Source: Sumerlaeia bacterium (lineage in GTDB: Bacteria > Sumerlaeota > Sumerlaeia > SLMS01 > JAHLLQ01). From it: 64,000 nucleotides of DNA. Shown one piece after another: positions 8,979-18,510 of this stretch (position 1 is its first letter; every line of letters starts with the position of its first letter). Both the position numbers and the translations under genes were made by a program. The DNA is taken from assembly GCA_040219255.1 (NCBI GenBank), contig JAVJSW010000018.1, positions 1 through 64,000 on the forward strand, given 5' to 3'. The notes beneath the pieces were generated by a model that worked only from the letters and a program-made list of their open reading frames with translations, searched no databases and was not told where the DNA came from.

Positions 8979-10147
8979 TCTTCGGCGCCTCGAACCGCTT
9001 TTCGAAGAGGGGGAGGATCGGGTGGAGTGGGTGAGTGGCGGACGGAGGCGGTGGTCCGGGACATCAGGAGGGTTCCATAGAGTTCCGAGAGCAGCCTGGC
9101 GCCGGTGGTCCAATCGTAGGGGCTCAGGTTGGGGCGGGGGGGCCTGGGGCCGTCGAGGACGCGCGCCAGAACCTGGGCGAGGGCCTCGGGTGTTCGCGTG
9201 TCCACCATCGTGCCGATGCCGTCGGCCAGAATGTCGCCCACGCCACCCTGACAGGTGAAGGCCACCACCGGCAGACCGCAGGCGAGAGCTTCGACCACCA
9301 CGAGGCCGAAGAGTTCAAACCGGGAGGTGAGGGCGAAAGCGTCCATAGCGTGGTAGGCGGCGAGGGGATCGGCCAGGGGGCCGGTGAAGACCACGCGGTT
9401 GGCGATGCCCAGTTCTTGCGCCATGGCTTTGAGTTTGGCTTCGTCTGGACCGCCGCCCGCCAGCAGCCCCCAGATCGAGGCCTCCAAGGTGGCCAGCGAA
9501 CGCAGGAAATCGTCCGCTCCCTTGGTGTCGCAGTCCAGGCGGCCGACGAATCCGGCGACGCGGGCGTCCTTCGGCAGGCCAAAGCGCTCGCGGACGGCGA
9601 GACGCTGCGACTCGGTGGGGGGGCGGAAATGCTCCTGATCGACGCCGTTGGCGACGACGTAGGTTTTGTCATCGGGCCAGGAGGCTTCGACCCGCATGAC
9701 GCTCCGCATGGTTTCCGAGGTGCAGATCATCTTCTGGGCGGTGAGGCGCTGGAGAAAGCGGGTTAGCGTGGCGCGGCGGCATTCTTCCGTTTTCCGCGGC
9801 AGGCAGTGCCCGTGGATCACCTTGGGTGCGGAGGTGATGGCCGTGAGGCCGTAAACCCACAGCAGGCCGTCGTGATGGTGGATGATTTGGGGGGCGAGTT
9901 CGCGAATAAAGGTCCTCAGCGTTCCCATGCGGCGGAAATCGCGAGAGGACTCGAGGCCAAGGTGATGGGCTTTCTCGCCGAGTTGCTCCTTGAAGATCCC
10001 CTCGGGCCCGTAAACGAAAAGGATGTGGGCGTCATGGCCCATCAGGTTGAGACGTTTGACGAGTTCGACGGCGACGCGGGTGGCGCCTCCCGATGTGGGA
10101 TCGTCGCGCTGGCAGATGTGAAGGACGCGGATCGGTACGGTCTTCAT
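8975..10147 (-). CDS. Glycosyltransferase family 4
   Basis: Motifs SGGATRV, NGVD, FVGRL..KG and the ExFGxxxxEA motif (ELFGLVVVEALACG). ATGA overlap with the upstream gene. Confidence 0.9.
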   Translation of the reverse strand: MKTVPIRVLHICQRDDPTSGGATRVAVELVKRLNLMGHDAHILFVYGPEGIFKEQLGEKAHHLGLESSRDFRRMGTLRTFIRELAPQIIHHHDGLLWVYGLTAITSAPKVIHGHCLPRKTEECRRATLTRFLQRLTAQKMICTSETMRSVMRVEASWPDDKTYVVANGVDQEHFRPPTESQRLAVRERFGLPKDARVAGFVGRLDCDTKGADDFLRSLATLEASIWGLLAGGGPDEAKLKAMAQELGIANRVVFTGPLADPLAAYHAMDAFALTSRFELFGLVVVEALACGLPVVAFTCQGGVGDILADGIGTMVDTRTPEALAQVLARVLDGPRPPRPNLSPYDWTTGARLLSELYGTLLMSRTTASVRHSPTPPDPPPLRKAVRGAEE

Positions 10148-11313
10148 GCCGTGGCCACTCCCGCCGTTGCCGTTTGTGGCGGGCATGACGCGACCCAGTG
10201 GGCGAGCCGAGCGGCTCGATGTTTCCAGGTGTGTGATTGGGCGAACTCCCATCGGGCGCGGGCCTGTGTGTCCGTAGTCTCCAAGAATTGTGCGATCATT
10301 TGTGCGAATTCTGACGGAGTCGAGGCAATCTTTAGTCCGTTGCCAGGAAAAATCAACTCGGATACCCGGTCGCTGCCCACCATCGGGCGCGTCGAAGCCA
10401 AGCATTCCCAATACTTGATAGGGCTGGCGGAGCGATTGAACGCTATGTCTGAATAGGGGAGCATGAGAACGTCGCAACTTTGTAGAAAGGAAGGGACGAT
10501 CGTGTGGGAAAGGCGTCCCACAAAATGAATATTTGAAAAATTGCCGCACTGCGCGAGGCTTGCCTTCCACTGCTCGTCACCCTCGATGCCCTTCGGCGGG
10601 GTCCCGGCGAGGACGAATTGGGCATGGGGAAGGAGGCGCGCCGCTTCCGCGACCCATGCGTAGTCGAAACGCGCGCACAGAGCCCCCACCCAGCCCACGA
10701 CGGGCCGGGGCAGTTGGGGAAGCTCGGGAGGGACGGGCCCCGGTTCGGCCAGGGGCTCGGGAGGCAGGAAGCGCTCGCTGGCGGCGTGGGGGAGGTATTG
10801 GATGCGCTCGGCGCGTTCGGGGATGCGGGCGGCGAGTTCCTCGCGCCGCGCCCGCGAGACGCAAACGGTCAAGGCCGCGCTTTGGACGCTTTCCCGTTCG
10901 CGCCGGGCGGTCAGGGCTTCGCGCCCGGGCCAATAGTTGGTGTAGTCGTCGACGCAGTAATAGATGGCGCGCTCCCAGAGCCCGGCATAATGGGGCAGGT
11001 TATGGACGAGCCAAAGGGGGGCTCCGGCGGCGAACCTGCTCAGGAACGACCGGAGGAACAAGCGGGTGGCGGCCCAGCCATGGAAGAGCCAGCCGGGCGG
11101 CATGGCAAGGCGCTGCTCCCAGAGGCCGGGGCCGGTGGGGCGGGGGCGGAAATCGATGGCGCGAAGGCTTGTGTTCTGGCGCAGGAAGGTGCGCACTTCG
11201 CGGGGCCGAAGCATCAGCACGTCGCAATGTTCGGCACACGCGCCGAACAGATCGGTGGTCCACGAATCGTTGGCGTCCAAAACGGCAAGCTTCCAGGGAT
11301 ATTTCTCGGCCAT
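10144..11313 (-). CDS. GT-B glycosyltransferase (TuaH-like)
   Basis: Motifs YYCVDDY, VVGWVGAL and SPIKYWECLAS..P.V. Located in the polysaccharide cluster. Confidence 0.8.
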   Translation of the reverse strand: MAEKYPWKLAVLDANDSWTTDLFGACAEHCDVLMLRPREVRTFLRQNTSLRAIDFRPRPTGPGLWEQRLAMPPGWLFHGWAATRLFLRSFLSRFAAGAPLWLVHNLPHYAGLWERAIYYCVDDYTNYWPGREALTARRERESVQSAALTVCVSRARREELAARIPERAERIQYLPHAASERFLPPEPLAEPGPVPPELPQLPRPVVGWVGALCARFDYAWVAEAARLLPHAQFVLAGTPPKGIEGDEQWKASLAQCGNFSNIHFVGRLSHTIVPSFLQSCDVLMLPYSDIAFNRSASPIKYWECLASTRPMVGSDRVSELIFPGNGLKIASTPSEFAQMIAQFLETTDTQARARWEFAQSHTWKHRAARLAHWVASCPPQTATAGVATA

Positions 11314-11325
11314 GGACAGGACGCC

Positions 11326-12609
11326 TTACAAGCCGCGGAGCACGCTGGCAAGATGTTCCGCGTAACGATTCCAGGAAAATTCCCGGGCGCGGTTCTTCGC
11401 GTTGGAGGCGAGGCGAGTACGCAAGTCTCGGTCCGCCGCGATTTCGGCGATCGCTTCGGCCAGGGCGTGGGGATCGCGTTCGGGGACAATGCGGCCCTCG
11501 AACTCATCGCGGACGATGGAGCCCGCGGCGGCGGTCGTGACCACGGGCAGACCGGCGCCAAGGGCTTCGTAAACGGCGCCAGCCGAACCTTCGCAGAGCG
11601 TCGGAAGGACAAAAAGGTCAGCGCGGCGGAATTCTTCCAGCATCGCGGAATATGGCAATCGGCCTAGGAATCTCATCTGGGGAGCAATCTCGTGGCAATA
11701 GGCTCTCACCCGTTCCGTTACATTCCCCGCCACGCGGAAGGCAAGAGGGGACGGAGCGATTTTCATGACATTGGCGGCCTGGGCCAGATAGTGGATGCCT
11801 TTGCGGACGTCGGCGGTGCCGGCGAAGAGCACCCGTCCCGGCTCCGGCTCGTTCTCGATCGCCAGGGCGCTTTCCGGCACCCCGAAGGGCACCACGAAAG
11901 ATTTCTCGCGCGGGAAGCCCAGCGTCTCCGAGAGGTCGTCTGCGACGCGTTCGCTGGGGCAGATGGCGTAATCCGTGGCGTCAGCGACGCGCTGGACATA
12001 GCCCATGCGGGCCTCGGCCAGGTCCGGCGGGGGGGGCTCGGCGAGCATCGGGTAGTCGCGCGCCTCGCGGATCGTGATGGCCTGGCCGCTGGGCATGATG
12101 AAGAAATCGGAGACGACGGTCAGGCCGCGGCTGCGCGCGTACTCGACGAAGGTGATGACCTGGCCGAGCATTGAGTAGACGTGAGTGGCCCGGCCCACGC
12201 CGCGCCGGATCATGGCGGGTCCGGCGCCGTGGGCGGCTGCGTCGCGAAGGCGTCCGCGCCGGTCGCGGTCGCGGGTCAGGGAACCGAGCGCCGCGCCCCG
12301 CATTTCGCGCCAGGCGAAACTGACGGTCTTGTCGAGGAGTTCGGCCGGGATCTGACGCGACGCCAAGCTTTCCAGCGCCGCGCCCCGCAGGGCCTTCGGA
12401 AGGCAGGCCGCCAGTCGCCCCAGGCCAAGGTTCCCGCACGCGTCGGTATAGAGGGTTTCGAGCATGCCCTCGCGGGCGAGGGCCGCCGGGACGGCGTAGC
12501 GCCGCCGCGCGCCCAATTGGACCGCCAGATAGCGGGGGGCGGTGGCATGCGGCGCCGCCGCCCCGGCCGTGGACTCAGGGCCGGGGCGGGGAAGGGTTTC
12601 TGGCGTCAA
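11326..12609 (-). CDS. Glycosyltransferase family 4
   Basis: Motifs QLGARRRY, VPFGV, LFAG..RKG and EGSAGAVYEALGAGLPVV. The TTG start is uncertain. Confidence 0.88.
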   Translation of the reverse strand: MTPETLPRPGPESTAGAAAPHATAPRYLAVQLGARRRYAVPAALAREGMLETLYTDACGNLGLGRLAACLPKALRGAALESLASRQIPAELLDKTVSFAWREMRGAALGSLTRDRDRRGRLRDAAAHGAGPAMIRRGVGRATHVYSMLGQVITFVEYARSRGLTVVSDFFIMPSGQAITIREARDYPMLAEPPPPDLAEARMGYVQRVADATDYAICPSERVADDLSETLGFPREKSFVVPFGVPESALAIENEPEPGRVLFAGTADVRKGIHYLAQAANVMKIAPSPLAFRVAGNVTERVRAYCHEIAPQMRFLGRLPYSAMLEEFRRADLFVLPTLCEGSAGAVYEALGAGLPVVTTAAAGSIVRDEFEGRIVPERDPHALAEAIAEIAADRDLRTRLASNAKNRAREFSWNRYAEHLASVLRGL

Positions 12610-12615
12610 AGGACG

Positions 12616-13683
12616 TCAACTTTCCGCTGTGGCCCCGGAGGCCGCCGCCACAGTCTCGCTTTCATTTGTCCGGCTTTCGGCCGCCTTGGCCTCCGGCAGG
12701 GTCTTGAAGTTCGCGGGCAGCGCCTCCGCCGCCGCGCGGGCCGTTGGCTCGGGCGTGGGCGCTTCCTTGCGCTCGCCCTGGAGCTGCAACTCTTTGGCCT
12801 TGGCGATGCCCAGGAATTCATAGAACCCGAGCAGCGTACACATGATGAACCCGCGCCGTCCGTCGAGGAAGCCTTTGCGGACGATGTAATGATACACGAA
12901 GCGCTGGAAGGGGCGGAAGGGCAGCTTGTAAGCCATCTTCTTAATCCAGCGCTTGCGCTCGAGCGGCGTGCCGAAGGGGCTGGCTTGCAGGCTCCCCTCG
13001 GCGGTCTGGCCTTTGCGGACGCCTTCGATGACGCGCGCTTCCCAGTTCGAGTAGCGGTTGTGTTTCTCGACCCAGACACTGATGTCCGGATAGGCGTAGT
13101 GGAGGAAGTCTTCCTTGGCCCAGCCCGCCTCCAACTCCTTGCCCTCGGCGTCGCGCAGCAGCACGTGCTCGTGCACTTCGTTGTCGCCGCTGCCCGTATC
13201 ACCCACGTCGTCGAGGCGCTCGTAGCGCCCGAGAGCGTGCTTGAACAGCCGCAGGTTCCAGGAGGGATAGTAGCCGCAGTGCTTGAGCCAGCCACCCATG
13301 AACATGAAGCGTCGGTTGAGGTAATACCCGTCGAGGGAATCCGGGTCGGTGACGATGCGGGCGATTTCGGCGGCTCCGGCGGGCGTGATGTGCTCGTCCG
13401 CGTCCAGGATCAGCAGCCACTCGTGCTTCCAATCCACGTTCATAATGGCCCAGTTCTTCTTCTTGGGGAACTTGCCGTCCCAATCGAACTGCACCACGCG
13501 GGCGCCCATTTCCTCGGCCATCTCGATCGTGCCGTCGGTGCTGTGGCTGTCGATGACGACCACTTCGTCGGCGAAGGCCACGCTCTGGATGACCGCCTTG
13601 ATATTGGCTTTCTCGTTCTTGACGGGAATCAGGACAGAGACGGGCACCTTGGGCAGTGCGGCCGCCGAATCAGTTGCCGGCAT
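12616..13683 (-). CDS. Glycosyltransferase family 2
   Basis: Motifs VLIPVKNE, DSHSTDGT, LILDADE (DxD), EVHEH and KHNRYSNWEA. Confidence 0.92.
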   Translation of the reverse strand: MPATDSAAALPKVPVSVLIPVKNEKANIKAVIQSVAFADEVVVIDSHSTDGTIEMAEEMGARVVQFDWDGKFPKKKNWAIMNVDWKHEWLLILDADEHITPAGAAEIARIVTDPDSLDGYYLNRRFMFMGGWLKHCGYYPSWNLRLFKHALGRYERLDDVGDTGSGDNEVHEHVLLRDAEGKELEAGWAKEDFLHYAYPDISVWVEKHNRYSNWEARVIEGVRKGQTAEGSLQASPFGTPLERKRWIKKMAYKLPFRPFQRFVYHYIVRKGFLDGRRGFIMCTLLGFYEFLGIAKAKELQLQGERKEAPTPEPTARAAAEALPANFKTLPEAKAAESRTNESETVAAASGATAES

Positions 13684-14269
13684 GGGGAGAGCCTCCCTTG
13701 AGGATTCGATCTTTCACAGGCCGCGCGGGATTTCCGGCGACCACTTTCCAGGGCTTGACGCTGCGCGTCACCACGGCCCGCGCCCCGATCACGGCGCCCT
13801 TGCCCACGGTCACGTTGGGGCCCACGAAGGCATCGGCGCAGATCCAGACCTGGTCTTCGACCACGATGGGGGGCTTGATCAGCGGCATGGCCGGGTCCGT
13901 GTAATCGTGCGTTCCGGCGCAAAGGTGGGCGCGTTGGCTGATGGTGGCGCTCTTGCCGATCGTGACCGGGCCGAGGTTGTAAATCAGGGCGCCCTCGCCA
14001 ATCGAAGACCAATCGCCGATCTCCAGGTTCCACGGAAAATACACCACGGCGTCGGGATAGATGTTCACGTTCTGGCCGACCTTGGCGCCGAAGAGCTTGA
14101 GCAGCCATCGCCGAAACCCGAATAAGGGCCGGGGGCTGAGGCGGAAAGCCAGCTTGCCCCCGCCCCAAAGCACCCGCATCGCCAATTCCTTGCGCGTGTA
14201 CTTGGCCACGCGCCGGTTGTCGGCGATGTCGAGGTCGGCGGAGGAGTTGGGAGGGGAGATGTCGCTCAT
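13670..14269 (-). CDS. WcaF-like hexapeptide-repeat O-acetyltransferase
   Basis: Motifs FPWNLEIGDWSSIG, SQRAHLCAGTHDY, VWICADAFVGP and VAGNPAR. Confidence 0.9.
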   Translation of the reverse strand: MSDISPPNSSADLDIADNRRVAKYTRKELAMRVLWGGGKLAFRLSPRPLFGFRRWLLKLFGAKVGQNVNIYPDAVVYFPWNLEIGDWSSIGEGALIYNLGPVTIGKSATISQRAHLCAGTHDYTDPAMPLIKPPIVVEDQVWICADAFVGPNVTVGKGAVIGARAVVTRSVKPWKVVAGNPARPVKDRILKGGSPHAGN

Positions 14270-14443
14270 AAGCAAAGACGCATCGAGGCCAGGGGGAGGC
14301 CGGAATCGGGTCAGAATACCACCCCACCATGCCCGCCGCCCCAGCCACCAAGGCAAGGCGGATTGGGAGGCGGAAGAGGGCGGCCTGATGAAACGGATGA
14401 TAGAGAGGGGATTATGACGGGAAGAGTGGCGGGCGGGGATAGT

Positions 14444-14708
14444 ATTCACCGCAGAGACGCAGGGAACGCAGAGATTTATGAATTTGTGAGGGTTAAGGGG
14501 AGATGCTGTGGATAGGAAGAGTGATCTGAAACGCCGTGAGAAGGGGTTGACTTAGAACATTCCGATAAAAATGTTTCTTGTTTTTCTTATGGGCAAAAGC
14601 CAGGTAATCTCCGAAAAGCCGAGAAGTGATGGGCGATCTTTGGGGTTGCCTCTCATCATCCAGTGAATTCTTGAAGATCTCAGCGTCCTCCGCGTCTCTG
14701 CGGTGAAT
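14444..14708. repeat. 32-bp imperfect inverted repeats around about 200 bp of AT-richer non-coding DNA (MITE/REP-like)
   Basis: ATTCACCGCAGAGACGCAGGGAACGCAGAGAT (14444-14475) matches the reverse complement of 14677-14708 (ATTCACCGCAGAGACGCGGAGGACGCTGAGAT) at 28 of 32 positions. Confidence 0.75.
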
Positions 14709-14841
14709 TTCCCTTCCCCCCAGCCACCCCTCCTCTCCATCGCGCCTTGCCCCCGCCCGCCTCGTTCTCTTACGTAGAGCGGAAACGCGCCGGGGGGCCA
14801 GTTCGCGCCCCGGACACATTGTTGCAAGGAGCGACGACGCA

Positions 14842-16170
14842 ATGGCGATCAAAGGCAATCTCGTGGTGGGCCAGAGCGGTGGCCCCACCGCCGTTATCAA
14901 TCAATCCATGGTGGGCGTGGTGCAGGAAGCCCTCAAGCACCCCGACATCGAAGGCATTTACGGCGCCATGAATGGCGTGGAAGGCGTCCTCCGCGAGGAC
15001 TTTATCGACCTGCGCGCCGAACACCCTTCGACCCTGGAAGCGGTGGCCGCGACCGCCAGCGCCGGCCTCGGCTCCTGCCGCTTCAAGCCCAAGGAAGAAG
15101 ACTGCCGCAAGATTTTCGACGTCTTCGAAAAGCACGGCGTCCGCTATTTCTTCTACATCGGCGGCAATGATTCCGCTCTTTCCGCCGGCATTATCAACAA
15201 AATCGCCCGCGAGGCGAACTACGAACTGCGCGTCTTCCACGTCCCCAAGACCATCGACAACGACCTGCTGGTGACCGATCACTGCCCGGGCTATGGCTCG
15301 GCGGCGAAGTACGTGGCTCAGTGCTTTATGGGCAACGACCTGGATAACCGGGCGCTGAACGGCATCAAGATCGACGTGGTGATGGGCCGCAACGCGGGCT
15401 GGCTGACGGCGGCGTCGGCGCTGGCGCGCGTGAACCCGGGCGATGGCCCGCACCGCATCTACCTGCCCGAGCGCCACTACACGCTGAAGCAGATCCTCGA
15501 CGACATCGACGCGGTGTACCAGCAGCAGGGCCGCGCCCTGATCGCGGTGAGCGAAGGCGTCGCCGACATGGATGGCTACACCTTCCTGGAGAGCGAAAAG
15601 ATCCGCGGAGAAATCCGCGACCTCGGCATGGACGCGATCCTGGAGAGTTTCGACGCGGCGGGCCGGGTCGAAGAACTGTCCGGCGGCGCCAAGAAGGACG
15701 CTTTCGGCCACACCCAGCTTTCGGGCACGGGCGCGTTGGCGGATTTCCTGGCGGCGGCGACGAAGATTTACCTCTACCGCAAGCACGGCAAGAAGTTCCG
15801 CATCCGCGCCGACACGCTCGGTTACGCGCAGCGTTCCATGGCCGGCGTGGTCAGCGAAGTGGACGCCATGGAAGCCCGGGAAACCGGCATGGCGGCGGTG
15901 CGCACGGCGATGCTGGGCGACATCGACGGCTCGATCTGCATCCGGCGGCTGGACAGCAACTTCGGCAAGTACCACGCCGAGCCGTTCCGCGCGGCACTCG
16001 AGGACGTGTCGGGCGTGAACTTCCCGGCGGGCATGAAGCAGTACCGCCCGATGGAAGACAAGTTCATCGCCGAAGCGGGCAACGACGTAACCCCGGAATT
16101 CGTGGAATGGTGCCGCCCGCTGCTCGGCACCCTCCCGACGAAGGGCATCTTGAGTTACAAGAAGCCTTGA
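14842..16170 (+). CDS. pfp: Pyrophosphate-dependent 6-phosphofructokinase
   Basis: Motifs QSGGPTAVIN, GGNDS (the Asp marks PPi specificity), PKTIDND, MGRNAGW and LGYAQR. RBS AAGGAG. Confidence 0.9.
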   Translation: MAIKGNLVVGQSGGPTAVINQSMVGVVQEALKHPDIEGIYGAMNGVEGVLREDFIDLRAEHPSTLEAVAATASAGLGSCRFKPKEEDCRKIFDVFEKHGVRYFFYIGGNDSALSAGIINKIAREANYELRVFHVPKTIDNDLLVTDHCPGYGSAAKYVAQCFMGNDLDNRALNGIKIDVVMGRNAGWLTAASALARVNPGDGPHRIYLPERHYTLKQILDDIDAVYQQQGRALIAVSEGVADMDGYTFLESEKIRGEIRDLGMDAILESFDAAGRVEELSGGAKKDAFGHTQLSGTGALADFLAAATKIYLYRKHGKKFRIRADTLGYAQRSMAGVVSEVDAMEARETGMAAVRTAMLGDIDGSICIRRLDSNFGKYHAEPFRAALEDVSGVNFPAGMKQYRPMEDKFIAEAGNDVTPEFVEWCRPLLGTLPTKGILSYKKP

Positions 16171-16202
16171 TTCGATAGGGCTTAAGGGGAGAATTCAAGT
16201 TG

Positions 16203-16241
16203 GCCGGGTCCGCCGAAACTGTGGCGGACCCGGCTTTTTTT
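16203..16241 (+). terminator. Intrinsic terminator after pfp
   Basis: 12-bp stem GCCGGGTCCGCC / GGCGGACCCGGC followed by T7. Confidence 0.9.
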
Positions 16242-16428
16242 GATGTTACCGGAGAGTCGAAGAAGGAATTATTCCAGAAAAAGAACATGTGGGAAGAGGA
16301 AAGAAGCGAAATATTCCTGGAAAGTTTTCCACAGGAAAAATGCATTTTGCTCTTTACAACCGGAAGGGGTCAGACTTACGAAACGGAATTGAAGATGGGA
16401 ATCATCATCACTACAAAAGGATAGAGCA

Positions 16429-16974
16429 ATGGCAGCAAAATCGTCCACCGCCCGCCCCCGGGCCGCGAAAACAACCGACAAGTCGGAAAACGGCAGCATC
16501 AAAGCTAAAGTGGCGGAGATCGAGAGTCAGCAAAAGGAATTGGAGAATCGGAAAAAAGAGCTGCTGAAAGGCATGATCGACGAGAAGGAGGCGGAAGTGC
16601 GCGAAGCTCGTGAAGCGGTTCGCGCCGCCCAAGCCCAACTCGCCGCCAAGGAGAAGGAAATGCTGGACTTCAAGGTCGAGGCCGGCGTCATCAGCCCGGC
16701 CCAGGCCAAGAGCAAAGTGGTCCGCCGTTCCTCCGGCAAGGCGCGCAAGAAGCGCACCGACGTCGGCACCAAGAAGGAATATCTGGTTGGCCTTCTGGAA
16801 AAGCAGTCCGGAAAAGGTCCGATGCCCTGGAGCAATTTGAAGGCCGTCCTTAAAGATAGCGGAATCTTCTCCCAGGCCGATTTCAACAGCGCCAAGACCT
16901 TCGCCGATAAGTATCTGCCGGAAGGCTGGAAGCTCGAAGGCACTCGCTTCGACGCCCAATTCGTCAAGGCGTAA
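16429..16974 (+). CDS. Hypothetical basic protein (coiled coil, K/R linker, small C-terminal domain), candidate nucleoid-associated protein
   Basis: Clean ORF with RBS AAAGGA and host-like codon use. N-terminal half is a heptad-rich helix, followed by the linker RRSSGKARKKRTD. Confidence 0.7.
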   Translation: MAAKSSTARPRAAKTTDKSENGSIKAKVAEIESQQKELENRKKELLKGMIDEKEAEVREAREAVRAAQAQLAAKEKEMLDFKVEAGVISPAQAKSKVVRRSSGKARKKRTDVGTKKEYLVGLLEKQSGKGPMPWSNLKAVLKDSGIFSQADFNSAKTFADKYLPEGWKLEGTRFDAQFVKA

Positions 16975-17047
16975 AGAGCACTCGCTCCACCCCACCTTCG
17001 ACGCGTAATTCCGATAGGCGTCATCGGTCCTAACAAAGGCAATTCCC

Positions 17048-17110
17048 CTCCCCGCGAATCGCACGCCGGAGTTCATCTCCGTCTTGCCTTCCGCGGGGAG
17101 TTTAGTTTTT
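17048..17110 (+). terminator. Long imperfect hairpin with T-rich tail
   Basis: CTCCCCGCG / CGCGGGGAG closes an inner CGGAG / CTCCG stem and is followed by TTTAGTTTTT. Confidence 0.4.
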
Positions 17111-17185
17111 CTCTTCCCTCGTCTTGCCGGCGCTTTGCTCGTCCGGCCGAACATTGTCCGTACCGAAAGTTTCCCAGCTCCAGCC

Positions 17186-17782
17186 GTGCCGAAAATCCCG
17201 CCGCCTCAAGAACCCCACGCAATCCCGCCGGAGTCCGCGCCCGACGATGGCGGCGCCCCGGGCCACGCGAACGGACCCGCCACGCCTCCTCAACCCGGAG
17301 GCTTTCACAATTGGGCCTGGTGGCTGGGGGTGGTCGCCGTTTTGATCGCCTTCGATCACGCGGTCAAACTGTGGGCGGTCAGCGAACTCGCCCCCCGCCT
17401 TTTCGATCCCACCCTCCCCGACAGCATCCCCATCATCCCCGGACTGTTTCGACTCACCTACGCCGAGAATACCGGCGCCGCCTTCTCGCTGCTCGATGGG
17501 CGGGTCGGATTCCTGGCGATCGTCAGCGCCGTCGCCACCATCGCCCTGACCTATTGGTGGACGCGCATTCCCAAAGAAGAGTCGTTGGGCCGGGCCGGGG
17601 TGGCGCTGGTACTGGCGGGTACCGTCGGCAACCTCATCGACCGGGCCTTCCGCGGTTTTGTCGTCGATATGTTCGACGCCTACTACCGCGGTTACAGTTG
17701 GCCGGTCTTCAACGTGGCCGACAGCCTGATTTGCGTGGGCGTGGGGATCTTGATTCTGCGGACGCTCCAAGGCAAGATCTGA
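17186..17782 (+). CDS. lspA: Lipoprotein signal peptidase II
   Basis: Motifs ENTGAAFSLL, GTVGNLIDR, VVDMF and WPVFNVADS. The start codon is uncertain (GTG at 17186). Confidence 0.93.
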   Translation: MPKIPPPQEPHAIPPESAPDDGGAPGHANGPATPPQPGGFHNWAWWLGVVAVLIAFDHAVKLWAVSELAPRLFDPTLPDSIPIIPGLFRLTYAENTGAAFSLLDGRVGFLAIVSAVATIALTYWWTRIPKEESLGRAGVALVLAGTVGNLIDRAFRGFVVDMFDAYYRGYSWPVFNVADSLICVGVGILILRTLQGKI

Positions 17783-17789
17783 GACTTCC

Positions 17790-18494
17790 ATGCGTATCCT
17801 TTACATTTTTCCCCATCCCGACGACGAGTCCTTCGGCCCCGGGCCGGTCATGGCCAGCCAGGTTCGCGCGGGCCATCAGGTGGGCCTGCTGACCCTGACG
17901 AAGGGCGAGGCGACGAAGGTGCGGCACGACCTCGGGCTCTCGAAAGAGGAGATGGGGGCGATTCGCGCTCGCGAGACGGAAGCGGCGGCGCAGGCGCTCG
18001 GCGTGTCCTGGTTTCGCATTCTGGATTTGCCCGACGGAGAATTCCTCGATCTGGACCCGCGCAAGCTGGAAGCCCCCGTCGCTGCCCACATTCACAAATT
18101 CAAGCCCGACGTCGTCGTGACGTACGAGCCCTATGGCGTCAGCGGTTTCCCCGATCACATCGCGATCCATCCAGTGGTCAAGCGCGTCTATTGCGAATTG
18201 CGCGAGCGGGCCGGACCGTCTCCCCGGCGCCTGGCGTTCTTCTGTCTCTATCGAGACCAGGAGCCCGATCACAGCGTCCGCCTGTTCGAAAGCGATCCGG
18301 AGCGGGTGGGTTGTGTGGTGACCCCTTCGGACGAGGATTTCGCCCGGGGGCACGAGGCGCTGGCGTGCTACGAAACGTATGCGGAGACGATCGCCAGGCA
18401 CGACCCGCTGGGGCGCATGGGGCGCGAAATCGGATTTCAGCTCTTTCAGGAAAATCCCCGGCCTCGGCTGACCGACTTGTTCGAAGGCCTATAG
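17790..18494 (+). CDS. PIG-L/LmbE family deacetylase
   Basis: Metal-binding motifs FPHPDDES and GFPDH, plus TKGEA, R..E..AA and PDG. Confidence 0.9.
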   Translation: MRILYIFPHPDDESFGPGPVMASQVRAGHQVGLLTLTKGEATKVRHDLGLSKEEMGAIRARETEAAAQALGVSWFRILDLPDGEFLDLDPRKLEAPVAAHIHKFKPDVVVTYEPYGVSGFPDHIAIHPVVKRVYCELRERAGPSPRRLAFFCLYRDQEPDHSVRLFESDPERVGCVVTPSDEDFARGHEALACYETYAETIARHDPLGRMGREIGFQLFQENPRPRLTDLFEGL

Positions 18495-18510
18495 TCTAAG
18501 CATGGCGCCC

